DNA of 9,388 nucleotides from a virus (Duplodnaviria; Heunggongvirae; Uroviricota; Caudoviricetes): IMG/VR virus record IMGVR_UViG_3300029497_000144; one strand, 5' to 3'. Shown piece by piece: positions 7,496 to 9,388 of this stretch (position 1 is its first letter; each line of letters starts with the position of its first letter). The notes under the pieces were generated by a model. It saw only the letters and a program-made list of their open reading frames with translations, ran no database searches and was not told where the DNA came from. The position numbers and the translations under genes were made by a program.

Positions 7496-7575
7496 TGGCG
7501 GTGACGTTAGCAGGGGTGGAAATACCGGACACAAAGGAAACCGGCCTACGCGAACGTAGCCCCACTAACGCCACC
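7496..7575 (-). ncRNA. tRNA-like structured regulatory RNA, candidate P4 CI / P1 C4-type antisense RNA
   Basis: On the - strand: 11-bp closing stem GGUGGCGUUAG (7575-7565) with CUAACGUCACC (7510-7500) including one G.U, followed by 3' GCCA (7499-7496). Inside: GGGG/CCCC helix, hairpin CUACG-UUCG-CGUAG (7559-7546), hairpin GCCGG-UUUCCUUUGUGU-CCGG (7545-7525). The G.U pairs would be C/A mismatches on the + strand, which fixes the strand. Confidence 0.5.
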
Positions 7576-7627
7576 ATAGATACAGTACGGACGAGGCCGC
7601 TGATTTGATGTGCGTAGTGATCGGACA

Positions 7628-7651
7628 CAAAAAAAGACGCTTTCGGCGTCT
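7628..7651 (-). terminator. Intrinsic terminator in the operon leader
   Basis: - strand AGACGC-CGAAA-GCGUCU stem-loop (6 bp) followed immediately by a run of seven U. Confidence 0.6.
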
Positions 7652-7657
7652 GTGTCG

Positions 7658-7670
7658 CCCTTAGTGTGTT
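7658..7670 (-). promoter_or_regulatory. seqA-like direct repeat of the SD-overlapping target, upstream of the terminator
   Basis: - strand AACACACUAAGGG; the same AACACA..AAGG.G pattern as 7460-7448, pairing with the RNA loop as 5+4 bp around a 2-nt bulge. Confidence 0.4.
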
Positions 7671-7712
7671 CGGGTTTCCACGCCCGGCGCCAGATTTTGC
7701 AGCAACGCTTGG

Positions 7713-7721
7713 ACTATAACA
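7713..7721 (-). promoter_or_regulatory. Extended -10 promoter element TGtTATAGT (candidate leader promoter)
   Basis: - strand TGTTATAGT matches the extended -10 consensus TGnTATAAT at 8 of 9 positions. No good -35 is present. It lies about 45 nt upstream of the seqA-like repeat. Confidence 0.35.
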
Positions 7722-7836
7722 GCTTTTCTCTGCTAGGTGGTCATACCAGATAAAACCGTAACCCTTTAAGAGTTTTTCCTGTGCACGGCTCACCATCTTT
7801 TTGTTGAGGGTAAGCGCCTCGCGTACTGATAACGGA

Positions 7837-7846
7837 NNNNNNNNNN
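7837..7846. other. Run of 10 N in the leader/regulatory region
   Basis: Seen directly; lies between the TGTCAA/TTGACA palindrome and the candidate leader promoter. Confidence 1.
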
Positions 7847-7876
7847 TATCAATATCAGGTTTTGTAAGGTTGCAGA

Positions 7877-7891
7877 TGTCAACTTTTGACA
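7877..7891. promoter_or_regulatory. Perfect palindrome TGTCAA-CTT-TTGACA (candidate operator; each half is a consensus -35 hexamer on one strand)
   Basis: Seen directly, 42 bp downstream of the stop of CDS 7933-8115 and upstream of the leader. Confidence 0.35.
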
Positions 7892-7932
7892 ACATGCCAG
7901 CCAGATTAAAGGCTTCTTTCTGGGCGGCAGGT

Positions 7933-8115
7933 TCATTCAGTATCACGGCGCACCTCCACGAACTCCTTAACGAATCTCTCCAAAGGCTGAACACATGGCG
8001 ACTGATAGCCCTCGCGGTAAAAGGTCACGCGGTTATGCTCGACGCGCTGTACGGTCACTACAGCCCCGTGCGAATCCTTGTAACGGCTTCCCGGCATCGG
8101 ATTATGGTTACGCAT
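7933..8115 (-). CDS. Small hypothetical protein (60 aa)
   Basis: ORF MRNHNPMPGSRYKDSHGAVVTVQRVEHNRVTFYREGYQSPC...; its start overlaps the 3' end of the AntA-like gene by 8 nt (coupled arrangement). Family not recognised with confidence. Confidence 0.5.
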   Translation of the reverse strand: MRNHNPMPGSRYKDSHGAVVTVQRVEHNRVTFYREGYQSPCVQPLERFVKEFVEVRRDTE

Positions 8116-8941
8116 GGTTTACCCCCATACGCTTCGCCAGCCAGCGCTGTGAAAGGCGCATTAACTCGTCTTTGCGCTTCTGGTAGTCCTGCCCCAGCTC
8201 AATTAGCGTGATATTGGTGCTTTCCAGATAGGCGAGGTGTTCAAGCTGTGCTGCGTTCATGCTGTCCCGTGGTTCGCCAGTAATGCCATTTGCCTGCGCC
8301 CACTGCTTTGCCGTCATGCCACCCAGCACGATACGGGCGATCATGTTGCTCTCGTTGCTGTAGTGGCGCTGCTGTGTCTGTTTGCCCTGTTCTGCGCGGG
8401 CGCTTTCAAGTGCTGCGCACATCGGCTTAAACAGGTTGGCGGCACTGATACGGGCTTTTAGCTGGCGGCGATACTGAGCGGCAATCTCTGGCACGCTGCG
8501 CTGTAGTGCTTCCTCACACTGAATGAAGTAACGTCGAACGGCGCGGCCCTGTTCGGTGCGTTCGATCATTGCCAGTTCTTTCGCCATTCCGACACTTAAC
8601 AGATAGTCTTTGCCGGGTCTGCCAGAGTGCTTAATCTTGCTGTAAGCCGCGCCATTCGGGCTTTTCCCCAAATTTGGGGAAATAGTTTTATGGACTGAGT
8701 AATCGTGCCCAATGGTGAAGTCATATTCAGAGATGCGATCAGTGATCCATGTAGAGAAGTCTTTTCCCACGCCCAACGCTTTGTGTAACGCTTTTGCGCT
8801 AACAATATTGGTTTCACGCCCACCGATATGACCAGGAATAACCGGGACAATTGCGGCAAATTCATTACCGTTAATTGTGCCCTGATAGGCGTTCAGATGA
8901 GGGGCGGCCTCAGAAATTAATCTGCTTTTTTCGATGTTCAT
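8108..8941 (-). CDS. Phage antirepressor-like protein, AntA/AntB N-terminal domain (277 aa)
   Basis: Region NIVSAKALHKALGVGKDFSTWITDRISEYDF...GRPGKDYLLSVGMAKELAMIERTEQGRAVRRYFIQCEE matches the recalled AntA/AntB antirepressor signature (KDFS.WI ... AKELAM ... RRYFI.CE). GGAG SD 5 nt upstream of the ATG. Confidence 0.7.
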   Translation of the reverse strand: MNIEKSRLISEAAPHLNAYQGTINGNEFAAIVPVIPGHIGGRETNIVSAKALHKALGVGKDFSTWITDRISEYDFTIGHDYSVHKTISPNLGKSPNGAAYSKIKHSGRPGKDYLLSVGMAKELAMIERTEQGRAVRRYFIQCEEALQRSVPEIAAQYRRQLKARISAANLFKPMCAALESARAEQGKQTQQRHYSNESNMIARIVLGGMTAKQWAQANGITGEPRDSMNAAQLEHLAYLESTNITLIELGQDYQKRKDELMRLSQRWLAKRMGVNHA

Positions 8942-8953
8942 TTTCAGTCTCCG

Positions 8954-9388
8954 TTAGGCGGCGGTGAAATTGTCCGGGTATAGATTGAGAATGTCGGCAA
9001 TTTCAGGCTGAGAAAGTCCCTGATAGCCGCCAGCGTCGGCGTTATGGTTCACAAGCCGAATAACTTTTAGAACGTCACTGCGCCCGGTAAAGCGATAGCG
9101 TAAATGTGACCCTATCCCGTCGGGGTTCTTTTCGTCTATACGCTCTAACTGAATATCAAGTCTGCGTTCTAACTCGCTGGCGTAGTTCCTTCCAGACGAA
9201 AGGCGGCAGTAGCGCAGAATGTCGTTTTCTGTCCATCCCTCTACCCCAGTGCGTGGCATATAGACGCGGGCGCGGTGCTTCTTCGGTGTGCGGCGTGGCG
9301 CTTGTGTGGTGGGCGCTGGTGGCGTAACATCAGATCCGCGAATATCTATGTTAGCCGCCTGCTGTCCGGGGCGGTTTTCTTTTTTCAT
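8954..9388 (-). CDS. Hypothetical protein (at least 144 aa) with basic N-terminal region; start codon at the window edge
   Basis: ORF beginning at the last three bases of the window (ATG 9388-9386), so the true start and SD cannot be checked; the stop is 13 nt upstream of the AntA-like start. Confidence 0.5.
   Translation of the reverse strand: MKKENRPGQQAANIDIRGSDVTPPAPTTQAPRRTPKKHRARVYMPRTGVEGWTENDILRYCRLSSGRNYASELERRLDIQLERIDEKNPDGIGSHLRYRFTGRSDVLKVIRLVNHNADAGGYQGLSQPEIADILNLYPDNFTAA

Larger units (their letters stand above)
1921..9388. mobile_element. Partial integrated mobile element (P4-like satellite / replicative genomic island); left junction somewhere in 1921-2174, right end outside the window
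   Basis: Backbone genes stop at dinD. From 2175 on the content is a primase/helicase, iterons, an SSB homolog, PerC-like, Icd-like and AntA-like genes and a structured leader RNA, all typical of phage-satellite or island cargo. No integrase or att repeat is visible in the window, so the boundary is inferred. Confidence 0.6.

Noticed and set aside
7496-7575. Canonical tRNA gene
   Set aside because: There is an acceptor-like stem and 3' GCCA, but no D-arm, anticodon arm or T-loop (GTTCRANYC) consensus; more consistent with a tRNA-like regulatory RNA.
7101-7994. 297-aa - strand ORF from the track
   Set aside because: Only the last 113 codons (from the ATG at 7439 with an AGGAGG SD) look like a gene. 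The upstream part runs through a 10-N run (XXXX), an intrinsic terminator and the structured RNA, and has low-complexity composition.
7995-8461. + strand ORFs 7995-8186 and 8237-8461
   Set aside because: Antisense to the 60-aa and AntA-like genes; no SD; R- or C-rich antisense-type composition.

Overview
The window holds E. coli-type chromosomal backbone (yicG and dinD on the - strand, with the dinD LexA box) next to a partial integrated mobile element running from about 1.92 kb to the window end and beyond. The element carries a P4-alpha-type primase/helicase (zinc finger, toprim, P-loop), an 11-copy 8-bp iteron array immediately 3' of it (candidate ori), a four-gene - strand operon (unknown 100 aa, SSB homolog, PerC-like, small Icd-like) and an AntA/AntB-type antirepressor module. 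The most interesting signal is the leader of the replication operon (about 7440-7725, - strand): an extended -10, an intrinsic terminator, an ~80-nt tRNA-like structured RNA ending in GCCA, and two direct repeats complementary to one of its loops, one of which covers the Shine-Dalgarno of the first operon gene. This looks like an RNA-based immunity/attenuation circuit of the P4 CI / P1 C4 type in a module arrangement that is not canonical P4. No integrase, tRNA/rRNA gene, CRISPR array or recognisable defence enzyme lies in the window. Two runs of exactly 10 N (6982-6991, 7837-7846) interrupt one CDS and the leader. All protein-family calls are from recall of sequence families and reading of the translations, not from searches.
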